From Yuukianura sp. NJ FZ-2021 (Eukaryota): DNA of 64,000 nt. The position numbers were made by a program, and so were the translations under genes. Shown here piece by piece: positions 24,007 to 35,535 of this stretch. The notes below the pieces were generated by a model. It searched no databases. It saw nothing but the letters and a program-made list of their open reading frames with translations, and was not told the origin of the DNA. The stretch lies in the NCBI GenBank assembly GCA_046563655.1, contig CM102286.1, positions 11,098,001-11,162,000 of the forward strand, written 5' to 3'. Positions within the stretch are counted from its first letter, which is position 1. Each line of letters opens with the position of its first letter.

Positions 24007-27000
24007 CTACAGTAACATAAGTAACTTGGCAGCGTACTTAACGAAGAAGCTATGCCAAGCAATTTCAGCTACAAATACAATGAGACAGACCAGTATAAAT
24101 ACAGAGTGTACAATAAAAACTCCAAGCAGTAGCCCACTGCCCCACGACAGTCGCTCAAGTAAATTTCCCGGTAAATTTTGAATTGCCACAAATTTATCAA
24201 CTTGTTTCTTGAGTTTGAATTTCACCGTTTCCGGACCTTCCAAAATGTAGCACAACAGACCAGATTGTATCAAGGACTGGAACTGCCTCTGAATATGCCC
24301 GGAGCGGTCAAAGGTCATTGGAACCATCATCCAATACGTGTTGTAGGAAAAGTACTTTTCTTTGCCGTAGTACAACTTCTTAGACGCTTCAGGATCCAGT
24401 TCTACTAAATCCAAAAAAGTTTTTGCTAAGCCCATTCCATCGTCTATGTAAATTTTGTTGTCGCACTTCACAATTTCTCGCAGAAGCTCGTGTGGTTCGG
24501 TTCTATTTTTGACAAAAATTGGTGTAATGCTTTCAATCAATTTTGGAAATATTTCAGTTACAACAGTCATATTAGTATATGGACGAGACGCACGAGCGTA
24601 ACGGAAGACTCCTTTGATAAAAGCATTTACTTGCAATATCTGCTTAACGCACCACCAATTGTACGCCACTCGCTCAGTATAGTTCAACTGCTCAAATTCC
24701 CGCCAATAACGTGTCTCTGCATCTTCTGGTTGACATGGAATTGCAACTTTAAATTTTGCCACCAAAGCATCATTGACTGATTCCAGCTTAGTGCTTGGTA
24801 GAGGCGCGGTTACGTCGGCTGTTACCTCAGAGCGATAAAGATTTGACAAAATTAGCAAAACTAAGGGTCGTATGCTTAATGCCAAAGTCAAAGTAAGGTT
24901 TGACCACGGTTCACCTAACCAGGGCTTTACCTTAACCGCCAGGTCACAGTAAGTTTCATATTTTTAATGAAAAAGTGAACCGAGGCTAGCTAACCGGGCG
25001 GTCAAAGTAAAGTTCACCGAGAGTTACGATTTCACTTGTCACATTTTTCTCAACCTTTTCACATAGCAGAAGTGGACACGAAATATGACAAGTAGAATTA
25101 TAACCCTCGGTTAACTTTTACTTTACCCTGACCGGAAGGTAAGCTAACCGCGAGTCACTTGTTCTTTACTGACAACAAAACAAATCACATGTTCACATCA
25201 GTTCAAGGTCTTAGCTTTTTGTTAGTTTTACCGTAATTAATCGAGCCAATTAACATAGTTAGTGATGGGTAGGTAATTACCACTTCATTATATTGTTATT
25301 TTGGTTATCTTTTAATTTGCTCAACGATACTTGTCTGATTAGTTGACGACGCTGGAGTCGTCTGGAAAGCCGCCTCAAGCGATAAAATGAACTTTCATTA
25401 GCCATTAGTTAAGTTTTATAAATAAAATAGCTAAGATTTCCAAAAAAGTAATCGCTAACCCTACCCCCTGACCAGGGTTGGATTTTTAACCTCGGGTTAG
25501 AGCTCAGTCACCTTACCAGGTGTCACATTTTCGATTAAACATACGAAATCCTAACTTTTACTCGAGGGTAAAAGTTGAGTTGACCACGGGTTGAACCATT
25601 GGTCAAAGTAACTTGAAAACTGCATTAAACATATGAAAACCTTACTTTGACCTGTGAGTCAAGGCAAGGTTACGGTAACTTTGGCATTAAGCATACGACC
25701 CTAAAGCGAGCGCGGTCAAGAAAAATTTGAGACAATAAATTTTGTTCAATTTGCCAGAAAAGTGAATGTTTTGTTCAAATAGCAATCGGATAACAAGAAA
25801 GATGTAGTTAGCTGTAGAACGCTTGTAGCGAACTACTAAAAACACAAAATAAACAGCAACTATAAGTAAGGTCAAGAGACCAATCCAAAGGTCAAGTTTA
25901 AAAGGTCGTGTGAAGGATAAGAGAGTAATGAATTTTTCTACGCCGGCGCAAGTAACAAATTGAAGCTCATGACTGTTTTTGTGGTACATGGAAGTGTATT
26001 GGTGCGCACTTGGATTTCGTGTTATATTAAGTCTGTTAGTAACGCCTGGGTATGCCTCAGGATAAACATACAATACCTTTCTACTCGCGTCTTGGCGTGC
26101 AAGTTTTGTTATATTCAGACCTTTTGATTTTGATGCTCTTGATGCTGATTGGTTGAGATGCCGAGTTACGCTTTTTAAAATGTTTATGTAAGGAATATCA
26201 GTTGTATTAGGAGTGTGTAATTCTGCATTTCCTCCGGTTGAAATCAAGTAACGGTGATTCAAATATTCATAGGCTGTCCATGTCATAGGACATGCATGTA
26301 CTAGAGTTCTTGTCAGTTCGGTATCGAGTTGCGAGCGAAAAGGGATTTGCACAACATTTGTACCTATTGGAATAAGTGTATTTTCATAATTTATAAAGGA
26401 TTTCAAAAATTCCAAAATATTTAATTTTGAAAAAAATTTACCTTTTTGCCGCATGCGTAGAGCATAGGTATTGCACGGGTACGGTGAAATTGTTGTCACT
26501 TCGGTAATATTGGTCGCACTAAAGTAAAAAAATAGTGGCAACAAAGGCTGCATGAGGGATGGTTCATCACATTTGGCAAGATACCGCTGTTCTATTCCCG
26601 CCATTTTGTGTAACCACACGAGATAAATGTTGCGGCCGTAACATGGTTGCACTTTTTTTGGTTCGTAGCCACATTGCACTAACCAGTTGAATCGAGACGC
26701 TAGACACACCTGAGTAGTAAACGATTCGTGTACAAAATTTAAAATTAGTGCGCAGGCGTGAATTTTTTACGAATCTGCCAATTTCCAAAGATTGAAAGGT
26801 AGAGTTAATGTAAGTTTCATTTTCCGATAGGACGATTAGTTGAATAGGTTGATTTGAAAAGTAGTTCAATTCAAAGTTTCCTGTAGCCTGTGCGACGACA
26901 AATACATGGCAGTAGTCGTATCCAAGATCTTCAAATTTAGCTGCCTGTTGCAAGTTGGTGGAAATTGTGGAGACAATATTTGCAAAATTTATAAAAATTT

Positions 27001-27043
27001 TGAAAAGTTGGTACACTGACTTCATCTTGTTTGTTTTTAACAC
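24007..27043 (-). pseudogene. Divergent ionotropic receptor-like gene, copy 2
   Basis: Paralog of 12625-14747. Has a +1 frameshift at ~26761, a 78-bp intron at 26364-26441 and a MITE in M3; removing the MITE restores TALALVLLILSNLYRSEVTAD. Confidence 0.75.
24865..25701. mobile_element. PIF/Harbinger-type non-autonomous element
   Basis: TIR GGGTCGTATGCTTAATGCCAAAG / CTTTGGCATTAAGCATACGACCC, with TAA TSD at 24862-24864 and 25702-25704. Confidence 0.92.
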
Positions 27044-27549
27044 ATAATTGGTTCCTCCCCACGACTCGCACTGAAAACGAAAATACGTGTGTAATAAGAA
27101 AAAAAAACTGCCCTTTGGTTTGAATTTTATTTTTGAATTCCTAGTTTAAATGGAGCATTATTGAACAGTTTTTGAAATTTTGAGTTTCAAAGTTTGTGCC
27201 CTTCAACTTTTTCCTGTTAATCAAGATTATTATTAGCGTATTGAGATCAAATGATAGCTTCGGAGTGGTGTCGAGATGGTAATCTTCCAGAACATGACAA
27301 TTTTCGTGTCAATATTATTTTGGCGAATGAGTCACTACAAAGCGCATTTAATGATTTTCATCGAAACGAAGCTGGATTTTGTTGTAGGATCTTAGGAAAC
27401 ATCAGACCGTGACAGTAACCTAAACACTTATAATTTGTTTCAAATTTTTCGACAAATTATAACTTAATTTATGATGTCACATTTATTCTAAAGGTAAAAA
27501 ATTCGTGTCGAAAATTCCAACGTGCTGCTCCTAATGTTAAATACTTTCA

Positions 27550-29695
27550 CTAATAGCAGGGCTTGACCGATGTGATTTTGTACGAGAAGTCTCCTAAATT
27601 TGGAATAGAAGAATATTTTTGATAAGTCCGTGATTCGCCGGTGCAGTTTTTGTCCAGGTACACCTTGACACAGACGTTAAGCGTGCGCAGAGACTGCGAG
27701 TCGTTATTCAAGTGATCCAAATTTTTGCAGCATCCAACAGATCCGGAACAGGATGAAGTGCCAAGATGGAACTCCTCGATTACTACGAAATATTTTTTTT
27801 AGTTTTAAAATTAACTCGCTCAGAAATCAATTTAAAAATGTAAATTAATTAATTACTACTGTATCCATTTGTACCAAAAGAGTAATTATAGCCATAGTAG
27901 AATGTCACGGTAGGTCCTTTCTCACTCTGTATTCCACAAAAAGAAATCAGATTCTTAGCATTTATGTTATGACTACTCACCCAGGAAGTACGCAAATGTT
28001 ACAGAAATGTAAAAGTTGAAGTAAAAATTTGTAAGTTACAAACACAGCCATTCTCAACTTTGTGTTCGTATTAGTGTAACTTTTCACAAAGCATGTTAGT
28101 TAACTTAAGATTATTCATTTTTAACACTTTTACTGCATTATGTTTGTGATGTTTACCTGTGCTTGTAGAAAATCCACTGAAGCGTTTAACCTTGTGTTGA
28201 TATCGTGAATATGTGTTGTTAGTTCCTGCTTAGCAACATCAGATGAGCGAGAAATTTGTTGAGTTAATTGACTGACTTGATTTGCAGTGTATTCTCTAAT
28301 TCGCACTTCGGTTAAGTTCAATTTCTTAGACAGAGCTTCTTCTCTACGTGTCAAGTTTTGTTGAGAATCTACAGAAATTTGCTCAATTTTGCGGTCAAAA
28401 GCAGCAGTTTGATTTCTTGAACTTTGTTGCATTTCAGCAACATTTTCTCTCAAACTATTCTGAAATTGCTCGTTTTGGATAGAAAAGTTGCGCATTTGTG
28501 TAACAATTGTCGTTGAAATTGTATTTTGTAGTTCTTTGGTCTGATTCAAATCTACTCCGACTTGTGCTAATTTTTGAGTAAGTTCTGCATTTTGTTTAAC
28601 AAGGGCATCTGCCCGCTTAGCGACAACTTCACGATGTTTGCGGAGCTCAGCAACTTCCGTAACAAGTTGAGCGTTTACTCTAAAAAGTTCTTGGGTCTGA
28701 TTCGTAAGCTGCTCAATTTGGTTTGTGAGTTCTGCGATGCGCTGTTGAAGAGCTGCGTTCTGATTGGCTGTTTGAATAGCAAGCTCTGCATTTTGTTTAA
28801 CAACGGTTTCTTCCCGCTTACTATTAACTGTGTTGAGTCTAAAAAGTTCTTGGGTCTGATTCGTAAGCTGCTCAATTTGGTTTGTGAGTTCTGCGATGCG
28901 CTGTTGAAGAGCTGCGTTCTGATTGGCTGTTTGAATAGCAAGCTCTGCATTTTGTTTAACAACGGTTTCTTCCCGCTTACTATTAACAGTGTTGAGTCTA
29001 AAAAGTTCTTGGGTTTGATTCGTAAGCTGCTCAATTTGATTTGTGAGTTCTGCATCGCGCTGTTGAAGAGCTGGATTTTGAATGGCCGTTAGAATAGCAA
29101 GGTCTTCGTTTTGTCTTGCAAGTTTTCCATTTTGGTCGAGCAGCTCTTGATTTTTTACGACAAGTTGATCGTTGAGCCTAAAAAGTTGTTGCGTTTGATT
29201 GGCAAGTTCCGCAATTTGATTTGTGACTTCTGCGTTGCGCAGTTGAAGAGCTGTGTTCTGAATGGCCGTTTGGATAGCTAACAATTCTGCATCTTGTCTG
29301 TGCCGTTCAGCAAGCAGTTGCATGGCGTTCTGTTGTTCGACCAGTTGCTGCTCAAAGTAATTCATCTGGAAATGTACAAAATGACTCAAACTCACCAGAA
29401 GTTTGATCTAAAAATATTATTTTGAAGAAGCATTTTGAGGGAAATATTGGAAATTCCTACCCCTGCCACAACTTGCTCCAGATATGGTCGAGTATTCACG
29501 TTCCGTTTATCACGTCGCCCAAACTCTGGCTGGTAGGAGGAAAATTTAAAAAAAAGTTAGCAAAGAAGCAAAAAATTCTTTTGGTGAAAACAATTTTATT
29601 GCTGAGGTTTTTAAAAAATTCAATTTTACCGTTGCAAGAACAGCACTACGGAGACAGAGAATGCAAAGGCAAAGAATAAGTTGCGTAGAATCCAT
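27550..29695 (-). CDS. Secreted coiled-coil protein with beta/gamma-crystallin-like head (copy C3), 5 exons, apparently intact
   Basis: Signal-like MDSTQLILCLCILCLRSAVLAT; PEFGRRDKR; 42-aa repeats; SEKGPTVTFYYGYNY; CCKNLDHLNNDSQSLRTLNVCVKVYLDKNCTGES...IPNLGDFSYKITSVKPCY*. Confidence 0.75.
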
Positions 29696-31193
29696 TTGCA
29701 CGACCCAAAAATTCAGTTTGAAAAAATTCAGTTTTAAAGAAATTATGAAATTTGAAAATATGATTATATTGAAACGAAATCAAAGTTAATTTGATTAGGT
29801 ATTTAGTCCACTCTAGTGTAAAACGTAGCTTATAGGTTGGTCATAAATACGCAGCAGAAACTACTCACAGAGCAAAATGTCTGAAGAATTTTAATCAATT
29901 AAAAAATGCGGATACACAATTTTAGGTTACTTTTGATAAAAGTTCGAAAATTGACTTGAATTTAAAAAAAATCAGGCTCCAGTGTCACTCTATGTTTTTG
30001 ATTAAGAGATTGCAAATATCTACTTTTGCAGTTCTTGGAATTTGTTGGTTTGGATGACCTTTGTGACTTTTACGCTTAAGATAAGTTGATTTCAAGTGCT
30101 AAAATAAATACTATTGGCATCAAATTTTTACTTCAGTTTTTCTATCTCCATTTAACCTAACATAAATAAAAGACTCCAATGCTGTTACATGTAAAATGGT
30201 CGAAAACAATTTGGTCAAAAAGTGAATACGCCAACCGCAGTGAGAAGGTCAAACATAAGAAAACGTGGCCTAACCAAACATAACTTACCATTTGTAACAG
30301 TTGACTTCTCACTTTTTGAACTTGTCAGTTTTTGATCGAATTATTTTGACCTTTTCACCAGCTACGGTTTCGGATTCCGTTAAAATTCCAAAATTTCAGA
30401 GATCTCCCTACCCGAAATATCAAATTTCATTTTTTGTTAATTTATACAAAACTTAAATTATTCAAATTCAGCCATAAAAAATTTCGAATTTGTAAATTTA
30501 TTTGTAGTAGTGCACTCTGCCTGTTTAAAGAAGATGTAAACCTCAATTTATTGGGCCTCTACAATGTTAACAGTAATAAATTGGTTTTGAGTCTACCTAC
30601 AAACCTATCCTAAACTGAACTGCTGTAATTAGAGTTTACAAATGAGTGTATTTGACCTATTACTTGTGAACCGAAAAGGGGACTGGGCGGGTCAAAGGTC
30701 AATCACCTTGACCTCAAGGCCACACAGAACTCACATTAGGCAAAAGAAGCTACTAGGAAAAAATAAACTAACTTTAAAGATTTCTAGTGGAGATAGAGAA
30801 AACTTAAGTAGACCAGTATTGAAACAGGCTAGAGGTGAGGCGGGAGGACTCAAAGAACAGGGTCGGGGGAACGAATCAAGGTGGAGCTGACTTTAAATAA
30901 AATAAATTACTGTATACATTAATACACCACAACTTAGAATACACAACGTAATACTTTAGAAACTTATTTAAACTAAATACACAAAATGTATACTTTTAGA
31001 ACTAGTCGGAAAAGATTTCTTATAATTGAAGAAAAATTTTCCAACTAAAGTTTCAATACGAAAAAAAAAATTTAACCTGGGCAGGATTCGAATACCGGCC
31101 AGGCCCTGAAGGTTCAAGTTATAATTTTTTGTTCGAATTTTAAAGTGAGCACAAATGTTAAAATAATATTTTTTTTTTATCACTTTAGTAGTA

Positions 31194-31407
31194 TAGCCGG
31201 AAACCCGTGATGTTTACACATCACGACATTAACTTAAAGCACTAGGTAATCGTAGCGTCAAACGAAAAGAGCTAGTCGATTTTTGACATGGAGCAAGAGG
31301 ATTTTTAACATTTTGTCAAAAATCTCCTACCTCTTTCGTTTGACCCTACGATGACCTAGTGCTTTAAGTTAATGTCGTTATGTGTAAACATCACGGGTTT
31401 CCGGCTA
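31194..31407. mobile_element. MITE (TAGCCGGAAACCCGTGATGTTTACACAT TIR)
   Basis: Near-perfect long inverted repeat; same family as 48008-48164. Confidence 0.8.
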
Positions 31408-31536
31408 ATTGAATAGAAAATTGCGAAGGCTGGGGGAAGGGGGCAAGCCCCCAGACCCCCCCCCCCCGGTTTTCAGTTGAGATGGAATTTGTGGAAGTCT
31501 AAGCCTAACCTAACCTAACCTTGGAGAAGTAATAGT

Positions 31537-32907
31537 GAGGTTGCGCTGCATTACCTATCACCTAAACCGAACGAAATACAGAGCGATTTTTACAAATAAA
31601 TGCAACAATAAAATAAATTAAATAAAATTTACTAAAATCACACATTAATTATAAATTAGGTATAATTTAAAAAAAAACAAAATGGCGGGTGATATAAAAC
31701 AGTTTTTATCGATTTTTTTCACTTCTTTCGTTAAACGTAGTAATAAATACACAAAAACCCCATTGATTAATAATCAATCTCAACTTGATTAAAACAAAAT
31801 GGCGGGTGATATAAAACAGTTTTTATCGGTTTTTTTCACTTCTTTCGTTAAACGTAGTAATAAATACACAAAAACCCCATTGATTAATAATCAATCTCAA
31901 CTTGATTAAAACAAAATGGCGGGTGATATAAAACAGTTTTTATCGATTTTTTTCACTTCTTTCGTTAAACGTAGTAATAAATACACGAAAACCCCATTGA
32001 TTAATAATCAATCTCAACTTGATTAAAACAAAATGGCGGGTGATATAAAACAGTTTTTATCGATTTTTTTCACTTCTTTCGTTAAACGTAGTAATAAATA
32101 CACAAAAACCGCATTAATTAATGAATTAATTAATTAATTAATTAAACCCTTGAGCATCGCCCTACCTTGTTTCCAATAAACCTAGTATAATTAATACATG
32201 AAACCACAAAATAGTTGACAATCGATCTCAAATTCTTCAGCATAAAATAGCGGGTGGTATTAAACAGTATATTTATAATTTTTTTTCACTATGCTCATTA
32301 AACCTGGTAATGAATACATAAGATAAGTATTTATTACTACGTTTAACGAAAGAAGTGAAAAAAATCGATAAAAACTGTTTTATATCACCCGCCATTTTGT
32401 TTTAATCAAGTTGAGATTGATTATTAATCAATGGGGTTTTTGTGTATTTATTACTACGTCTAACGAAAGAAGTGAAAAAAATCGATAAAAACTGTTTTAT
32501 ATCACCCGCCACTTTGTTGTAATCAAGTTGAGATTGATTATTAATCAATGGGGTTTTTGTGTATTTATTACTACGTTTAACGAAAGAAGTGAAAAAAATC
32601 GATAAAAACTGTTTTATATCACCCGCCACTTTGTTTTAATCAAGTTGAGATTGATTATTAATCAATGGGGTTTTTGTGTATTTATTACTACGTTTAACGA
32701 AAGAAGTGAAAAAAATCGATAAAAACTGATTTATATCACCCGCCATTTTGTTTTTTTTTTGAAATTATACCTAATTTATAATTAATGTGTGATTTTAGTA
32801 ACATTTTATTTAATTTATTTTATTGTTGCATTTATTTGTTAAAATCGCTCTGTATTTCGTTAGGTTTAGGTGATAGGTTTAGGTAATAGGTCATGCAGCG
32901 CAACCTC
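31537..32907. mobile_element. Foldback-like element: long inverted arms made of 117-bp tandem repeats
   Basis: Ends GAGGTTGCGCTGCA...TGCAGCGCAACCTC. Units AATGGCGGGTGATATAAAAC start at 31681, 31798, 31915 and 32032, with inverted copies in 32327-32750. No TSD seen. Confidence 0.8.
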
Positions 32908-33012
32908 CCCAATGTTAAAAGGTGCACCTCAGGGTCGTTCCACTCTTCCAAGAGTTTTTTCTACCTATAGTTTGCATGGCCAATGGCCATGTTAACATTG
33001 GGACGACCAACA

Positions 33013-33189
33013 CGAAACGAAGCGCGAATCCGAGCACACGTCGAAACTGAAATCCGGACATATCTTCGCCTGAGCGCTTTTGTCTTTATAATAAGCGCGG
33101 GTAGCTACTTTCTGCTCCGGTAATGCCATAGTAACATTCTCTTCGGCATAACCGTTAACAATTGACAGGACTAATACAAACGTTGACAT
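33013..33189 (-). pseudogene. Truncated 5' fragment of a short secreted protein sharing the start of the DUF5648-like head
   Basis: MSTFVLVLSIVNG...QAKICPDFSFDVCSDSRFV matches AKINLNFTFDVCSDSRFV of C2/C4 but has no coiled coil. Confidence 0.5.
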
Positions 33190-33667
33190 TTTACGAACGA
33201 TGTAGACGGAAATGTTAAAATATTGACCATGTTTGACGTATTTGGAGCCTTTTATATTCAAATTCTTTTTTGAAGCATTTCTGCTGCATTTTTTAACGAA
33301 AAGTCATGCCTGTGAAGGAACTTTGGGTATTTCATGTCCGGCCTCGATGTCGATCTAAGTTTCGCCACAACAAATTAGATACAACAAATTTAATAAAAAA
33401 GTGGGTGGTGGTATAATTTAAAATGGGTTAAACGACGGCACAAATTTATTGGTCGAATTACAGTTTCGATCAAAACATTTTAAATCACAACTTAACCTTA
33501 TTATTCTACGGTATAAAATTGATGTCACGTGTAAATCATATTTTTACAATTATTTTCTAATTTGAAATGATTTTAATTTGAAGCATTATGAAAACTGTTC
33601 AATTAGCTTAAAAAATATTTTAACCAGATTAAGGATTTTTGTTTCGAAATGTAAATTATCATAAGCC

Positions 33668-35535
33668 TTAAATCAGTGTTGAAGGACATGCTCTAAAAAC
33701 ATAGCCCAGGAGGTCATCCTTGACCCAGCCCATGTTCTCCAGTGCCTTGATGTTGTAGTCCAAAGCCAGTCGATAGAATGGAAATAGCACAGTTTCTCTG
33801 TGCAAACTGTAGAGCCCGAACGCTCCTTCCTTAGGTTCTAAAAAGATGTATGTTTGGACGTAGTGTTGATTTCTGCTAGGTGCCCATTCACCAGTTAAAT
33901 TTTTTGTTGAATACTGAGTCCATTTGCCTTTGTAGTACCACACTAGTGCAACTGTGCCATTAACTGCTGATTTTGCAACTCGCGCCAGTTCTCCCAAATA
34001 CTGGTATCCATAATGTGCTAATGAAAAAAGAGTTTGAATTTTAGTAATTTAGTTTTTGGTGACTGCGCTTGTATGAACGTGCACATGTGATCGTCCATGA
34101 GGGTAACGGTCCACAAGTTACCGTGTATTAGTGACGGGTTACGCCAACAGATATAAGCGGCGTAAAGGTAAAAACAAAGCAAAGCTCCGCGAACGCCCAT
34201 GAAAACTTTTTTGAATTGTTAGTCCATGTAGTTTTGGGAAAAAGCAGTTGAAAAAAATAGTATTTCATATTCCAATGATTTCATCTAGTCGTAAGTAACA
34301 TGAAACTTACCATTTTCCGGCCAGATTGAAGTGTAGTGAAATTCAGGCATACCTGTATGCACATACTCGCGGAGCGGAACAAACTGGGAATTAGAACAGA
34401 CGTCAAAAGTAAAGTTCAAATTGATTTTCGCCGTTGCGTTGTATTCTTTTAGTAGCACTTCAGTTAAGTTCAATTTCTGAGAAAGAATCTCTACCGCCCT
34501 TGTCGTGTTTTGCTGAGATTCGGCCAAAATGTTTTCAATTTTCTGCTCAAGAATCGCAGACTGATTTTTTGAACTCTGTCGCATTTCAGCAACATTTTCT
34601 CTCAAACTATTCTGAAATTGCTCGTTTTGGATAGAAAAGTTGCGCGTTTGTGTAACAATTGTCGTTGAAATTGTATTCTGCAGTTCTTTGGTCTCATTCA
34701 TTTCTACTCCGACTTGTGCTAATTTTTGAGTAAGTTCTGTAATTTGTTTAACAAGGGCATCTTCCCGCTTAGCGACAACTTCACCATGTTTGCGTAGCTC
34801 TGCAACTTCCGTAACAAGTTGAGCGTTTACTCTAAAAAGTTCTTGGGTCTGATTCATAAGCTGCTCAATTTGATCTGTGAGTTCTGCATCGCGCTGTTGA
34901 AGAGCTTCGGTCTTCGTTTCAAGGTCTTCGTTTTGTCTTGCAAGTTTTTCGTTTTGTTCTAACAGCTCTTGCGTTTGATTGGTAAGTTCTTGAGTTTGGT
35001 TTGTGAGTTCTGCGTTACGCTGTTGAAGATCTGCGTTCTGATTGGCCGTTTGGATAGCAAAAGGTCTTCGTTTTGTCTTCCAAGTTTTCCGTTTTGTTCT
35101 AGCAGCTCTTGATCTTTTACTACAAGGTCAGCGTAGCGTTCAGCAAGCAGTTGCTGGGTGTTCTGTTGTTGGAGCAATTGTTGCTCAAAGCCATCCATCT
35201 GGAAATGGACAAAATGAATCAAAATCATTTGCAGTTTGTCTAAAAAAAAATTTATTTTTGAAGATTTATTTTTATTTATTTTTTTCTGCAAAAACTGAAA
35301 TTTTATTACCCCTTTCACAACTCTCTCCAAGTATTCTCGGATGTCCAAGTTCCGCTTATCACGTCGCCCAAAATCTGTCTGCCAAGAAGCAAATTAAAGA
35401 AAAATCAAGGAGTAAAAAATCGTCTGAACGAAGCAGTTTTATTGTTGAGATTTTCGGAAGATTCAATTTTACCTTTGCAACAGCACTACAGAGGAAGAGA
35501 ATGCAAAGGCAAAGAATAATTTGCGTTGAATTCAT
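33668..35535 (-). pseudogene. Coiled-coil paralog C4 with DUF5648-like head; single frameshift at ~35060
   Basis: Signal exon, RDKR exon and coiled coil, then FVPLREY...FHYTS..|AHYGYQYLGELARV...GTVALVWYY...GLYSLH...GWVKDDLLGYVF. Two extra bases in a homopolymer run (could be a sequencing error). Confidence 0.65.

Noticed and set aside
31681..32750. CRISPR-like regularly spaced repeats
   Set aside because: The 117-bp units are fully identical with no unique spacers, the context is eukaryotic and there are no cas genes.
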